Shown here: positions 33,920-42,918 of the stretch, piece by piece
How the letters are laid out: the number at the start of each line of letters is the position of its first letter
Position numbering within the stretch: position 1 is the stretch's first letter
NCBI GenBank assembly: GCA_964396185.1
Contig: CAYNEI010000001.1
Location: forward strand, 12,014-76,013
From: an uncultured Thermoplasmatales archaeon
GTDB lineage: Archaea > Thermoplasmatota > SW-10-69-26
Reading direction: 5' to 3'
Length of the DNA: 64,000 nucleotides
Notes under the pieces: generated by a model
Database searches by the model: none
What the model was told of the DNA's origin: nothing
The model's input: the letters and a program-made list of their open reading frames with translations, nothing else
Position numbers and translations under genes: made by a program

Positions 33920-33998
33920 GGGAACGGGGATCGGAGAGGAGAGAAGGGGAGCGGAGACGCCCGGGGGGTGCCCGGGCGTGGATGGATCCGGATCGAGC

Positions 33999-34616
33999 TC
34001 AGCGTCGGCGAGCGAGCACGAACGCCGTCAGGCCAAGGGCTGTAAGGGCTGCGAGCAGGCCGAAGCCGGGCTGGCTGTTGGCCTCGCCCTCTCCATCGCC
34101 GTCGGCCCCGTCGCCACCATCCGCGCCGTCGTCCCCGTCGCTGGAGATGCTCCAGGACCCGAACATGCCGAGGCTCTCGTGCCCAGCCACATCGCACCAG
34201 AAGTAGAGCTCCCCCACGTCATCGGGGACCGTGAAGCTGATGGTCTCCTCCTCGCCAGGAGCCAGATCATCCGTGCTCGCCAAGGTATCCGATCCTGGAT
34301 CCGTGCCGCCCTGGGCCCCGCTGCCTTCCTTGATGAAGAAGTTGTGATTGGCCGAGTTGCTGCTCGGGTTGCGTACCGTGATCTCCACGGTGGCGCCGGC
34401 GTCGATGGCGTCGGTGTCGCCATCGAACTCCCAGCAGTAGGTCTCCCGGCAGCCGCTCTCCTTGGCCTCGGCGGTGAGCGTGATCGTGTGTCCCTCGTCC
34501 GCGACGGCTGCGGGCGCCATGATCGTGACCAGAGCAAGCGCTAGCAGGCCGAAGATGAACCGATGTGGGGCCATAGCCGGGCGACGCCACGTGCTCAAGA
34601 TAGGGTTTTCGGTCAA
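33999..34616 (-). CDS. halocyanin/plastocyanin-like type-1 copper protein with PGF-CTERM sorting signal
   Basis: Cupredoxin ligand pattern ANHNFFIK ... YFWCDVAGHESLGM. Asp/Gly-rich linker, then SQPGFGLLAALTALGLTAFVLARRR. An alternative start at 34574 gives MAPHRFIFGLLALALVTIMAPAAVA. Confidence 0.8.
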   Translation of the reverse strand: MTENPILSTWRRPAMAPHRFIFGLLALALVTIMAPAAVADEGHTITLTAEAKESGCRETYCWEFDGDTDAIDAGATVEITVRNPSSNSANHNFFIKEGSGAQGGTDPGSDTLASTDDLAPGEEETISFTVPDDVGELYFWCDVAGHESLGMFGSWSISSDGDDGADGGDGADGDGEGEANSQPGFGLLAALTALGLTAFVLARRR

Positions 34617-34662
34617 TGCTTCAAGCAGGGAAACGGGCTCGGCCGCTGGTCACGGGACCCGT

Positions 34663-36021
34663 TCATCCAAGCTCCGGGGTGAGATGGTCCCACGGTCGCT
34701 CTCCCCCGCCCTCGAACCCGTGGATCTGCACGCGGTGGGCGTCCTCCTTGATCCGGGCCACGCGCCAGGGATCGTCCACGCCGATCACGTAGAAATCATG
34801 GAGCTCAGCGCTCTTGGCGGCATCCTTGAGCGGACGCAACACGCGCCCTCTGCGCTGGATGTGCTGTCGCTGGCTGGTTGACGAAGCGGCGAGCACCGCC
34901 ACATCGGCGTCCGGTACGTCCAGGCCCTCGTCCAAGGCGCGCACCGCCACGAGCACGCCTCTCTCGATGGCGCGGAAGCGCTCAAGCGCGGCGTCGCGCT
35001 CGGCTTGGTCGAGCATGGAGTGGTAGACGAACGTCTCGAGCCCAGCCTTCTTGGCCGCGCGGGCCAGCTCCTCGGAGAAGGCGATCTCCTCGCTGAAGAC
35101 GATGACCTTCTTCCGGGTCATCTGCCCGACGAGCCGTTCGAAGATCTCCACCTTGCCTGCCGCGTTCTTGACCACGCGGGCCCGCTGGAAGAGGTTCTCC
35201 TGGATCTCCTCAGCCAGCTCCTCTTCGCCCTCGTTGCGCAACAGGGAGAGCAGCTCGCCCAGGTCCTCCATGGTCGGCGGGTCCTCGAACCTGGCCTCCA
35301 CCTCGGCCAGCAGCAGGTTGAGGGTCCGGCAGAACTCGTCGTACTGTTCCTGCTCGAAGGGGTTCAGGTAGGTGGAGTGGAGGTGGTAGGTGTAGCGCGC
35401 GAGGTGGCCGTCGGCCACGGCTTGGCCGAGATCGTAGGCATGAGCGACCCCTTCGAAGTAGTCGAGCACGCGGCGCGTACCGGTGGGGTCGAAGTCCCGC
35501 TCTGGCGTGGCCGAGAGGCCCAAGCGGAACGGGAAGGCGTCCACGAGCGTGCGGGAGAACTTGGGCGCGCCGGCGCGGTGGCACTCGTCCACGATGATGA
35601 GCGAGCGGTCCTGCTCGGTGACCATGGCCTCGAGCACGTCCGGGTTGCGCATGGCGGTCTGGATGGGGGTGAGCACCACCTGGGCATCCCCGACCCGCCG
35701 GAGCCGCCGCGAGCCTGCCACGCTTGCCACCTGCTCGGGTCGCAGCCCCCCGCGGTCGAGCAACTCGGCCTTCCACTGGTGGACCAGCGCCCGGGTGGGG
35801 ACGACGATGAGGGTGCGCTGCTTGCCCGCCTTGGCCCACAGCACGGCTCCGATGCCGATCAGCGTCTTGCCTGTGCCCGTGGCCAGATGCGCGATGCCCC
35901 GGCCTCCCCGGTCGACGAAGGAGCGCAAGGTCTCGCGCTGGTAGCCCCGCAGGCCAAGCTGGGTCTCGATCCGGGCCAAGCTGGAGGTGGGGGGATGGAT
36001 GGTCGATCGGCTCGCCGCCAC
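34663..36021 (-). CDS. SF2 DNA helicase (XPB/Rad25- or type III restriction Res-like)
   Basis: 452-aa ORF. Motif I LATGTGKT, motif II IIVDECH, motif III GLSATP, motif VI QRRGRVLR. Confidence 0.8.
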   Translation of the reverse strand: MAASRSTIHPPTSSLARIETQLGLRGYQRETLRSFVDRGGRGIAHLATGTGKTLIGIGAVLWAKAGKQRTLIVVPTRALVHQWKAELLDRGGLRPEQVASVAGSRRLRRVGDAQVVLTPIQTAMRNPDVLEAMVTEQDRSLIIVDECHRAGAPKFSRTLVDAFPFRLGLSATPERDFDPTGTRRVLDYFEGVAHAYDLGQAVADGHLARYTYHLHSTYLNPFEQEQYDEFCRTLNLLLAEVEARFEDPPTMEDLGELLSLLRNEGEEELAEEIQENLFQRARVVKNAAGKVEIFERLVGQMTRKKVIVFSEEIAFSEELARAAKKAGLETFVYHSMLDQAERDAALERFRAIERGVLVAVRALDEGLDVPDADVAVLAASSTSQRQHIQRRGRVLRPLKDAAKSAELHDFYVIGVDDPWRVARIKEDAHRVQIHGFEGGGERPWDHLTPELG

Positions 36022-36118
36022 ACCCGGGCAACGAGCAGGGGGGTTATCAGCCGTGGGGCCGGGTGGCCGAAACTTCTCGTGCGTGCCTGTTGATCTCCCC
36101 GATAAGAGAGGTGGCCAA

Positions 36119-36442
36119 CTACCGGGTCTGGCCTGGCAGCGGTCGGCGATGGACCCTGCCGCAGCGTAGGCACGTGGTGGAGACCTTGGCGCCGGTCACG
36201 CGGACGCGAGCGGTGCGCGAGGCGAGCAGGAAGGCCCGGCAGCCCCGGCACACCTGCGTGCGCAGCGCCGGGAGCATGGGCACGAGGTTGCGGGTTTTGA
36301 CACGCCAGGCCAGCTCGCTGTACCGGTGAGCATCGTCGAGGCGCCCCTCCAGGGCAGCCTGTTCGGCCAGGGAGAGCAAGCGCTCCACGCGCTCGATCCC
36401 GATCCGGCGACGCTCGGCCTTCGAGAGGCTCGCTCGACCCAC
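36119..36442 (-). CDS. rnp4: ribonuclease P protein component 4 (Rpp21/Rpr2 family)
   Basis: Helical N-terminus ERVERLLSLAEQAALEGRLDDAHRYSELAWRV, then zinc ribbon VCRGCRAFLLASRTARVRVTGAKVSTTCLRCGRVHRRP. GTG at 36442 chosen as start. The track ORF runs to 36562 and would overlap the upstream gene. Confidence 0.75.
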   Translation of the reverse strand: MGRASLSKAERRRIGIERVERLLSLAEQAALEGRLDDAHRYSELAWRVKTRNLVPMLPALRTQVCRGCRAFLLASRTARVRVTGAKVSTTCLRCGRVHRRPLPGQTR

Positions 36443-36536
36443 GAGCGTGGGACAGGAGGCTCGGGGATGAAGGTTTCGGCGATGGTGTGGTCGCGAATCT
36501 ACGGATGTTGAGGACGCAGGGGGTGACAACGTCGGG

Positions 36537-36812
36537 TCATGACGATGCAAGGACCCGGTCATCCTCGCTCAAGGCGATGTAGCTCTCGATGCCTCGCTTG
36601 TACCGTCGGATGATCCGCTCCATCCTCCGGTTACCCTCCCCTCGCGCCCGCCTCAGATCCCCGTCAACGAGCTCGAGGAGCTCCCTCGCCTCGTGGAGAC
36701 TGAGCGTGTCATGGTGAAACTTATTCAGGAGTTGCCTGAGACGCCGCTGGCGCTCCGAACTCGTGCCGTTAGCGGTCATCTTCGTTCTCTCCCGTATGCA
36801 GGCGGACTGCAC
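36537..36812 (-). CDS. small basic helical hypothetical protein
   Basis: 91-aa ORF in a lower-GC pocket. Arg-rich helices (SERQRRLRQLLNKFHHDTLSLHEARELLELVDGDLRRARGEG). No family recognised. Confidence 0.45.
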   Translation of the reverse strand: MQSACIRERTKMTANGTSSERQRRLRQLLNKFHHDTLSLHEARELLELVDGDLRRARGEGNRRMERIIRRYKRGIESYIALSEDDRVLASS

Positions 36813-36824
36813 ACTGTATACAGG

Positions 36825-37142
36825 TTAAGGGCCTTCATCCTCTTCAACTCCTTCGCCTTCATCATTCGGGGGGATCACCTCATCCTCGTCAACGTATGGG
36901 GCATACTCCTCTGCCTCAACGTTCATATCTTCTACCCCTAGGTTCCCTTGGGCCACATCGAGCCGCAGCTCGTGAAAAGAGCGCTCCAGCGGGTGCTGTT
37001 TCACCTCAACCGTCCTGAGACGCTCCCGGTGGCTCTTGACGCCTTCCCAGATGACGCCCGCCTGGAAGACGGTCCCCGTCCAGAACGACAGCGCGGCGAT
37101 GGCCACCGCAGCGATCGCCCACCCTAACTCAGTCGCGATCAT
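36825..37142 (-). CDS. membrane-anchored hypothetical protein with acidic tail
   Basis: 105-aa ORF. N-terminal TM GWAIAAVAIAALSFWTGTVF, C-terminal EEYAPYVDEDEVIPPNDEGEGVEEDEG. A TATA-like CCTATAAAAC lies about 30 nt upstream on the minus strand. Confidence 0.5.
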   Translation of the reverse strand: MIATELGWAIAAVAIAALSFWTGTVFQAGVIWEGVKSHRERLRTVEVKQHPLERSFHELRLDVAQGNLGVEDMNVEAEEYAPYVDEDEVIPPNDEGEGVEEDEGP

Positions 37143-37199
37143 CCGCTAGCAAGCAGCGTATGGGCCCTGCCGTTTTATAGGCGGATCTTGGAGTAGAGT

Positions 37200-37547
37200 G
37201 AAACAACCGGTTCCGGTCTGCCGGAACCTAAAAATCGTGGGTGTTGGACTGCGAGATCTTGATCCCTCCGGACACATTGCCGCAGTGGAGGTTGGGCGCG
37301 CTCCGCCCTTCGGGGGCCGGCCGGCCACGGCCGGAAGCAAGCGCCAATCAGGGCGCAACGCGATGGTTCCACCAACCCGCGAGAGCGCAGTGGAGGTTGG
37401 GCGCGCTCCGCCCTTCGGGGGTCACGCGCCCAACCTCCAGCTTCGCACCAACCAACGGCCTGGCTCGCGCTCCCGGGGCGGGCCGTTGGTTGGTGCTCGC
37501 TTCCGGAACGCGCCCTATGAGAAAGCGCCGAGGCGCGTTTCGGAAGC
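37200..37547 (+). ncRNA. candidate structured RNA or repeat element of unknown class (strand call tentative)
   Basis: A 36-nt exact direct repeat (37280-37315 and 37385-37420), each carrying a C(UUCG)G hairpin. Perfect stems: 37391-37404/37424-37437 (14 bp), 37444-37459/37480-37495 (16 bp), 37498-37513/37532-37547 (16 bp with one G.U that is valid only on the plus strand), 37208-37215/37220-37227 (8 bp). Track ORFs here look non-coding. Confidence 0.3.
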
Positions 37548-37616
37548 CGCCTCCGAGGATTGAACTCGGGACCTACTCCTTACCAAGGAGTCGCTCTACC
37601 ACTGAGCCAAGGCGGC
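37545..37616 (-). tRNA. tRNA-Thr (anticodon GGU)
   Basis: Reverse complement folds as GCCGCCT-TG-GCTC-AGTGGTA-GAGC-G-ACTCC-TTGGTAA-GGAGT-AGGTC-CCGAG-TTCAATC-CTCGG-AGGCGGC-T. 72 nt, all stems perfect. Confidence 0.9.
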
Positions 37617-37746
37617 CGGTAGGCCCGGCAATCCATCCCCCCTATTAGAGCCTTTTCCGCTGCCCGCGGGCGTGCTACGGCCTGCCTCGCTTGGTCCGTG
37701 AACCTTCATGTAGGGGGTTCCCCCTGGCCGACCGGGTGCGAGCGTT

Positions 37747-39027
37747 TTGGGCCCCGGCTTGAAGAACTTCCTCCTTCCCTCCCTGCCCTTCGCTGGGGTT
37801 CTCAGCTCGAGCCTCATGATCGCATGGGCCACCGAGGTGGCCAGCTTCTTCCTCTCCCGGGGCCTGGCCTTCGCGCTGCTGGCGCTGATCCAGGTGCTCC
37901 CGGAGTTCGCCGTGGAGGCCGTGATCACCCAGCAGGCCGCCGAGGGGACGATCCGGGCCATCGAGACGGGTGGGACCATCGCCATGGCGGAAGGGCTCGA
38001 TCTCGTCACGGCCAACTTCACCGGCGCCAACCGGCTGCTTGTCGGCCTCTTCCTTCCCATGGTCTACTTCGTGGCCGCTTGGGGGGCCCGGCCCGCCGGG
38101 ATCTCGAACCGCTCCATCGTGCTGCCGCCGGCGACCTCGCTGGAGGTCTTCGCGCTGCTGGTCCCGACGCTCTACTCGTTCTCGTTCGCCCTGCGGGGCT
38201 CGATCACCCTGATCGACGCCGGCGTGCTGACCCTGATGTACGTCGTCTACCTGGTGCTGGCCTACAAGATGCCCACCGAGGACCACGACGCCAGCGAGCT
38301 GCCCTTCGTGCCTCGTTGGATCTACAACCAGCCCGCCCGGCTGCGCACGACATTCATCGTGGCGCTCTTCGGGGGCGGTGGGGCGCTGTTGTTCCTGAGC
38401 GTGCACCCCTTCTACGAGAACACGATCCATCTGGCTGCAGCCCTGGGTCTGCCGGCCTACTTCCTGTTCCAGTGGATCGCGCCCCTGCTCTCGGAGTCCC
38501 CGGAGCTCATCACGGTCTCGTACTGGGCCAAGACCGGGCGCGCGCCCCTGGGCGTGACCAACGTGGTCTCGAGCAAGATCAACCAGTGGACCCTGCTCAT
38601 CGCCATGATCCCCGTCGTCTATGCCAGCGTGCTCTGGAAGGCTGGCTTCGGCCTATCCGCGCTCCCCCTGGGCAACGCCCAGCAGGTCGAGGTGCTCCTG
38701 ACCGCCGCCCAGGGCCTCTTCGCCGTGGCGTGTCTGATGACGCTGACCCTGGAGCGGTGGCAAGCATGGACCCTGCTGGTCCTCTGGGCCGTCCAGGCCG
38801 CTGATCCGCTCTTCGAACCCTTCCTGGTGGGCTGGCTGCCCAGCCCCTTCCCCGCCGGCCTGGCAAGCGGCTCGCTGGTGCGTGAGTGGTTCACGCTGCT
38901 CTACCTGGCCCTGACCGTGTTCGTGCTGGTCAAGGACCGCCGACGGCTGCGGGCCATCCCGAGCATCCAGCGCGTCTGGCGCGAGCACGTCCGCGGGTCC
39001 TCAAGCAGGGAGGAGCAAGGGGCGTGA
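37747..39027 (+). CDS. CaCA-like cation/proton antiporter-type membrane protein
   Basis: 426-aa polytopic ORF with two alpha-repeat-like motifs (VLPEFAVEAV and SESPELITV) in the N- and C-terminal halves. Confidence 0.5.
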   Translation: MGPGLKNFLLPSLPFAGVLSSSLMIAWATEVASFFLSRGLAFALLALIQVLPEFAVEAVITQQAAEGTIRAIETGGTIAMAEGLDLVTANFTGANRLLVGLFLPMVYFVAAWGARPAGISNRSIVLPPATSLEVFALLVPTLYSFSFALRGSITLIDAGVLTLMYVVYLVLAYKMPTEDHDASELPFVPRWIYNQPARLRTTFIVALFGGGGALLFLSVHPFYENTIHLAAALGLPAYFLFQWIAPLLSESPELITVSYWAKTGRAPLGVTNVVSSKINQWTLLIAMIPVVYASVLWKAGFGLSALPLGNAQQVEVLLTAAQGLFAVACLMTLTLERWQAWTLLVLWAVQAADPLFEPFLVGWLPSPFPAGLASGSLVREWFTLLYLALTVFVLVKDRRRLRAIPSIQRVWREHVRGSSSREEQGA

Positions 39028-39036
39028 TCCCAGGGC

Positions 39037-39537
39037 TCACGGGTCGGTGACGTGGTAGGCCACGCGAGCCAGGCCCGTGGTCCCCGCACCGGGCAAGCAG
39101 TCGATCTCGTCTGCGTTCTCCAGGGAGTTGACCACCAGGCGCAGCATGGTCGCGCCCTCAGGGATCTCCAGGGTCGCCTCGCCACAGAAGCTCCCGGAGA
39201 CCAGCGCCGATCCGGCGCCGCCGAAGAAGCTCTCGTCGAAGTGGTCGGGGTCGTGGAAGGAGTAGAACACGGAGACTGCGGAGCTGGCCTGGTCCTCGAT
39301 GGTGACCTCGAGCTCGTCGTAGACGTCCACTTGGCCATCGTCACGGAGGTCGAAGCGCATGGACCCGACGACGTAGATCGTCTCGCCACCGGCATCCACC
39401 GTCGTGATGGAGCTCGTGCCGCTGGCGCCGACGATGTAGACGCGCTCCTCGACCTTCTCGAGCTGCGCGGTCGCACTCCCGGGAACGAGCAGGCCAAGCA
39501 CCAGGCAAGCAGATAGCAGCAAGGGTGTCAAGCGCAT
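39037..39537 (-). CDS. secreted hypothetical protein
   Basis: 166-aa ORF. Signal peptide MRLTPLLLSACLVLGLLVPGSATA. Acidic beta-rich mature part with two Cys. Confidence 0.6.
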   Translation of the reverse strand: MRLTPLLLSACLVLGLLVPGSATAQLEKVEERVYIVGASGTSSITTVDAGGETIYVVGSMRFDLRDDGQVDVYDELEVTIEDQASSAVSVFYSFHDPDHFDESFFGGAGSALVSGSFCGEATLEIPEGATMLRLVVNSLENADEIDCLPGAGTTGLARVAYHVTDP

Positions 39538-39710
39538 AGGTCAGCCTCCAGGCCTGGGTAGCCCGTGGGCGCCGGATGAGCGGGTCTGTGTCCCTGGAGG
39601 GGGTGGAGACACGGCGTAGTTTCAGCGACCCCACGGAGGGGATCGCTCGTCGGGAGCAGTAGGACGGCCAGCACGGGAGGCTTCAAGCCTGGGGGCCCCA
39701 TGACCCATGG

Positions 39711-40484
39711 ATGGCGTCCTCTCAGGCCAGATCGTTCGAGGATGAGCTCGCGCTCGTGACCGGAGCCGCCTCAGGCATCGGGCGCGCCACCGCGCAGCTA
39801 CTCGCCCAGCGCGGCGCCCACGTGGTGCTCGCTGATCTCGACGAGCCCGGCCTCGAGGAGGCGGTCGAGGCCATCGAGCAGGCAGGGGGAAGCGCTGAGC
39901 TGGCGGTGCTGGACGTGCGCGAGACGCAAGCCCCTGGGCGGCTTGTCGATGGCATCGTGGATGCGCACGGCTCGCTCTCCCTGGCGGTCAACGCCGCCGG
40001 CGTGCTTGGCCCGCTCGCGCCCAGCCATCGTGTCACCGAGGAGGCCTGGGAGCACGTGGTCTCCACGGACCTCACCGGCCTCTGGCGGTGTCTCAAGGCC
40101 GAGCTCGATGCCATGGCCACCTTGGGGAGGGGCAGCGTGGTCAACGTGGCCAGCGTGGCGGGCCTTGTCGCCTTCCAGGGCGCCCCGGCTTATGCGGCCA
40201 GCAAGCATGGCGTGGTGGGGCTGACCAAGACGGCCGCCGTGGAGCTCGCCCCGAGCGGGGTGCGCGTCAACGCGGTATGCCCCGGTGTCGTGGACACGCC
40301 CATGCTCGAGGCCTCCCTGGCCGAGGCGCCGTTCACCGAGGATGAGCTGGCCCAGGACCACCCTCTCGGCCGCATCGCCGCACCGGACGAGGTGGCCACG
40401 GTCATCGCGTTCCTGCTCTCGGACGAGGCCTCGTTCATCACGGGTGCTGCCGTCCCAGTGGATGGGGGCCTCACGGCGCGTTGA
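39711..40484 (+). CDS. short-chain dehydrogenase/reductase (FabG-like 3-oxoacyl reductase family)
   Basis: 257-aa ORF. TGAASGIGRA cofactor motif, NAAG, catalytic S...YAASK, PGVVDTPM. Confidence 0.85.
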   Translation: MASSQARSFEDELALVTGAASGIGRATAQLLAQRGAHVVLADLDEPGLEEAVEAIEQAGGSAELAVLDVRETQAPGRLVDGIVDAHGSLSLAVNAAGVLGPLAPSHRVTEEAWEHVVSTDLTGLWRCLKAELDAMATLGRGSVVNVASVAGLVAFQGAPAYAASKHGVVGLTKTAAVELAPSGVRVNAVCPGVVDTPMLEASLAEAPFTEDELAQDHPLGRIAAPDEVATVIAFLLSDEASFITGAAVPVDGGLTAR

Positions 40485-40579
40485 GCGGATCTGGGCCCTC
40501 TTGAGCTGATCTTGGCCCTCTTGGACCCCTGGGGCGTTCACCGAGGGCTACACCCCGATGATTTAACCGTCGGGCCTCC

Positions 40580-41869
40580 ATGACCGGCTCAACCATGCCA
40601 TCCCAACGACCCGCTTTGATCCTCGCGATCGTCTCCACCCTCCTGCTGGCTGGCTGTGCAGCCCCCGGCGCAGACGAGGGTGAGGGCGAGCTCGCCTCGA
40701 CGCTCAACATGGCGCCGGGCACCAGCGCGACAGCCCCCCTCGTCTTCGACGGCGTCGAGGAGGCGTCCGAGAGCCTCCAGGCCACGGTCACCGATGCCAA
40801 CGGCTTGGATGTCCGCGAGGTCACGGGCCTGCAGGCTGGAGAGAACGACACCGTGACCGGTTGGTTGCCCGTCACGGTCCCAGCGGATGCACAGGCCGGC
40901 GAGCACCAGGTCGTGGTCTCGCTCTCGACCCCGGATGGCGAGCAGCGCCGACACGTCACGGTGAACGTCTCCGAGCCCGAGGAGACCCTCTCGGAGGGCC
41001 AGTTCGCCATCGTGCACATCACGGCGCGCACGGAAGACGGGCGTCTGGCGCTCACCACGGATGCCAACGTGAGCGACGCGCCGTTCCCCACCACGCCCTC
41101 CTTCCAACCGCCCCAACAGGGCGGTCCCACCCAGATCCCCCTCCAGGCCCAAGCCCAGCTCCCAGAGGGCCTGCTTGACGGCCTGGTGGGCACCGGCATC
41201 GGCCACGACGTCTCCGTGGAGGTCGTGGAGGCCTTCGGTGCTGAGACCGTCGACCAGCCCCAGCCCCGCGAGGAGACCATCGAGCGCCAGGTCCAACAGC
41301 AGCACGTCTCCGAGCTGCCCCGCGACCAAGCCGAAGCCCAGGGCTTCGTGGATGAGAGCACCGAAGAAGGCGACCCGGTCGAGGTCCCGGGCACCGCGCT
41401 CCCCTACGTCGTGGACGCGATCAACGAGACCAACGTGGGCGTGCGCCTGGACGTCGAGGAGAACGAGACCTACACGCTCTTCGAGGCCTGGCCCGATGCC
41501 GCAGAGGTCCAGGAGCTCGCCAACAACACGGTGACCTTCTTCATCACCCCCGACCAGGAGGCCGGCGAGATGTTCACGTGGCGCGAGGAGTGGCCGCAGG
41601 CCACCGAGATCGTCGAGGTGACCGAGGCGGTCATCGTGCTGCGCCACAGCCCTGAGGTCGGGACGACCTACCAGCAGCCCGGACCCCAGGGCCAGCCCAC
41701 CCAGCTTACAGTCAGCGAGCTCACGGACGAGGAGATCATCGTGAGCCAGGACAACCCGCACCCGCTGGCGGGTCTGACCCTGACCTTCGACATGCACGTG
41801 GTCGACCAGCAGGAGCCCCCGGAACAGCAGCCTGGTATGGGTGGCCAGCCAGCACCGGGTGGGCGTTGA
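40580..41869 (+). CDS. lipobox-bearing secreted FKBP/SlyD-like peptidyl-prolyl isomerase
   Basis: 429-aa ORF. ILAIVSTLLLAGC lipobox signal. GQFAIVHITARTEDGRLALTT FKBP-like strand. C-terminal VSQDNPHPLAGLTLTFDMHVVD matches the NHPLAGK-L-F signature of SlyD-type FKBPs. Confidence 0.55.
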   Translation: MTGSTMPSQRPALILAIVSTLLLAGCAAPGADEGEGELASTLNMAPGTSATAPLVFDGVEEASESLQATVTDANGLDVREVTGLQAGENDTVTGWLPVTVPADAQAGEHQVVVSLSTPDGEQRRHVTVNVSEPEETLSEGQFAIVHITARTEDGRLALTTDANVSDAPFPTTPSFQPPQQGGPTQIPLQAQAQLPEGLLDGLVGTGIGHDVSVEVVEAFGAETVDQPQPREETIERQVQQQHVSELPRDQAEAQGFVDESTEEGDPVEVPGTALPYVVDAINETNVGVRLDVEENETYTLFEAWPDAAEVQELANNTVTFFITPDQEAGEMFTWREEWPQATEIVEVTEAVIVLRHSPEVGTTYQQPGPQGQPTQLTVSELTDEEIIVSQDNPHPLAGLTLTFDMHVVDQQEPPEQQPGMGGQPAPGGR

Positions 41870-42131
41870 AGGTCCAGGCCCGATCTCTCGGAGTGTGACG
41901 GGCTCCAAGGTCCCCACCTTCGAGCAGCCCCGAAACGGGCTTGGAAAGCCCCTAGCCCGACGGTTGACCGGGAGGCCCGTGCAGTCCCAGCCTACCAGGA
42001 CGGGTTCGAGGGCGGGTTGTGCCGGAGCGCGCACCGTTTGAGTACCCGGTCCGGGGGGTCAGGGGTTCTTGCGAGCGTGTCGAGCCCGATCCACCCGAGG
42101 GGCTGCTTGCCGGTCAGGCTGAGTGCGAGCG

Positions 42132-42917
42132 TCACGGTTCAAGGAACGTGAGCTTCGCACGCAACTCCTCGATCACGGGTCGGAACGGAGGGAGGCCGGG
42201 AGTGAGGCGGGCTAGGGCGGTTTCCCAGTGGCGTTCTGCTTCGCTGAGTCTCTGCCGATCGAAGATCGCATCGGGTTGGTACTCGATCTCTGTGCGTTCG
42301 CACTTCCTGACCAGCTGTTCCTCGGTCTTTGTGGCATCGAAGTCCCTGGTGGTGATCAGGCGCCAGGTGTCGTAGTAGTCTCGGGCGTAGCCACGTTGCA
42401 TGATGCTGCGGAGCTTCTCGATCAGGATCTCGTTGAGGGTGTAGACGAGGATGGTGAATGGCGGGATGTTGTACTCGGGTTCGACCTCGACCGTCGTGGG
42501 GTCGTCGATCAGTTTCTCGGTGAGAGAGATGTCGAGCTTGATCGTGTTCTTGTAGCCGAGGGGTCCGAGGAACTGGGCGCGTGCCTGGATGTAGTATGCT
42601 TGGGTGTGGATCTGGCTGAATTGGAAGCTGAGGCCACTTTGTTCGCTGAGTTGGGCGAAGCTGTCCTCGAAGCCTTGGCTCACCGCATCTGGCTGGATGT
42701 CTTGGAGGATGGTGAAGTCGAGGTCCTCTGAGAGCCGCCATTCGGGCGCGTAGACTTTGCGCAGAGCAGTGCCGCCCTTGAAGACCAGCACGTCGCGGAG
42801 GGATGAGGTCTCCGAGTAGATGCCGTGGAGGAGCCAGGTGAGGGCGTAGTCCTTCTCCAGGGTGGCGACATCGAAGGGGGTGTCCGCTGCCAGACGTCGG
42901 AGATCGTCAGCATCCAT
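42132..42917 (-). CDS. nucleotidyltransferase AbiEii/AbiGii toxin family (type IV TA toxin, DUF1814)
   Basis: 261-aa ORF. EKDYALTWLL, LVFKGGTALRKVY, RLSEDLDF are hallmark blocks. Lower GC than the flanks. Confidence 0.85.
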   Translation of the reverse strand: MDADDLRRLAADTPFDVATLEKDYALTWLLHGIYSETSSLRDVLVFKGGTALRKVYAPEWRLSEDLDFTILQDIQPDAVSQGFEDSFAQLSEQSGLSFQFSQIHTQAYYIQARAQFLGPLGYKNTIKLDISLTEKLIDDPTTVEVEPEYNIPPFTILVYTLNEILIEKLRSIMQRGYARDYYDTWRLITTRDFDATKTEEQLVRKCERTEIEYQPDAIFDRQRLSEAERHWETALARLTPGLPPFRPVIEELRAKLTFLEP

Positions 42918-42918
42918 C

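Noticed and set aside
37200-37547. SRP (7S) RNA, RNase P RNA or a CRISPR array as explanations for the structured repeat region.
   Set aside because: CCGGAAGCAAGCGCCAA resembles the helix-8 GGAA/AGCA motif, but the tetraloop would be closed by a single base pair and no Alu-domain or helix-5 end pairing is visible. No GGAAAGUCC-type RNase P core is present. Two 36-nt repeats 105 nt apart with structured, partly self-complementary spacer sequence do not make a CRISPR array. The region is left unassigned.
41870-42131. Attachment-site direct repeat of the tRNA-Glu (or tRNA-Thr) 3' end that would prove an integrated element; integrase or transposase genes.
   Set aside because: I found no copy of the tRNA 3' halves at the far ends of the low-GC segments and no integrase-like ORF. 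The mobile-element call is therefore not supported and is described only as a possible islet.
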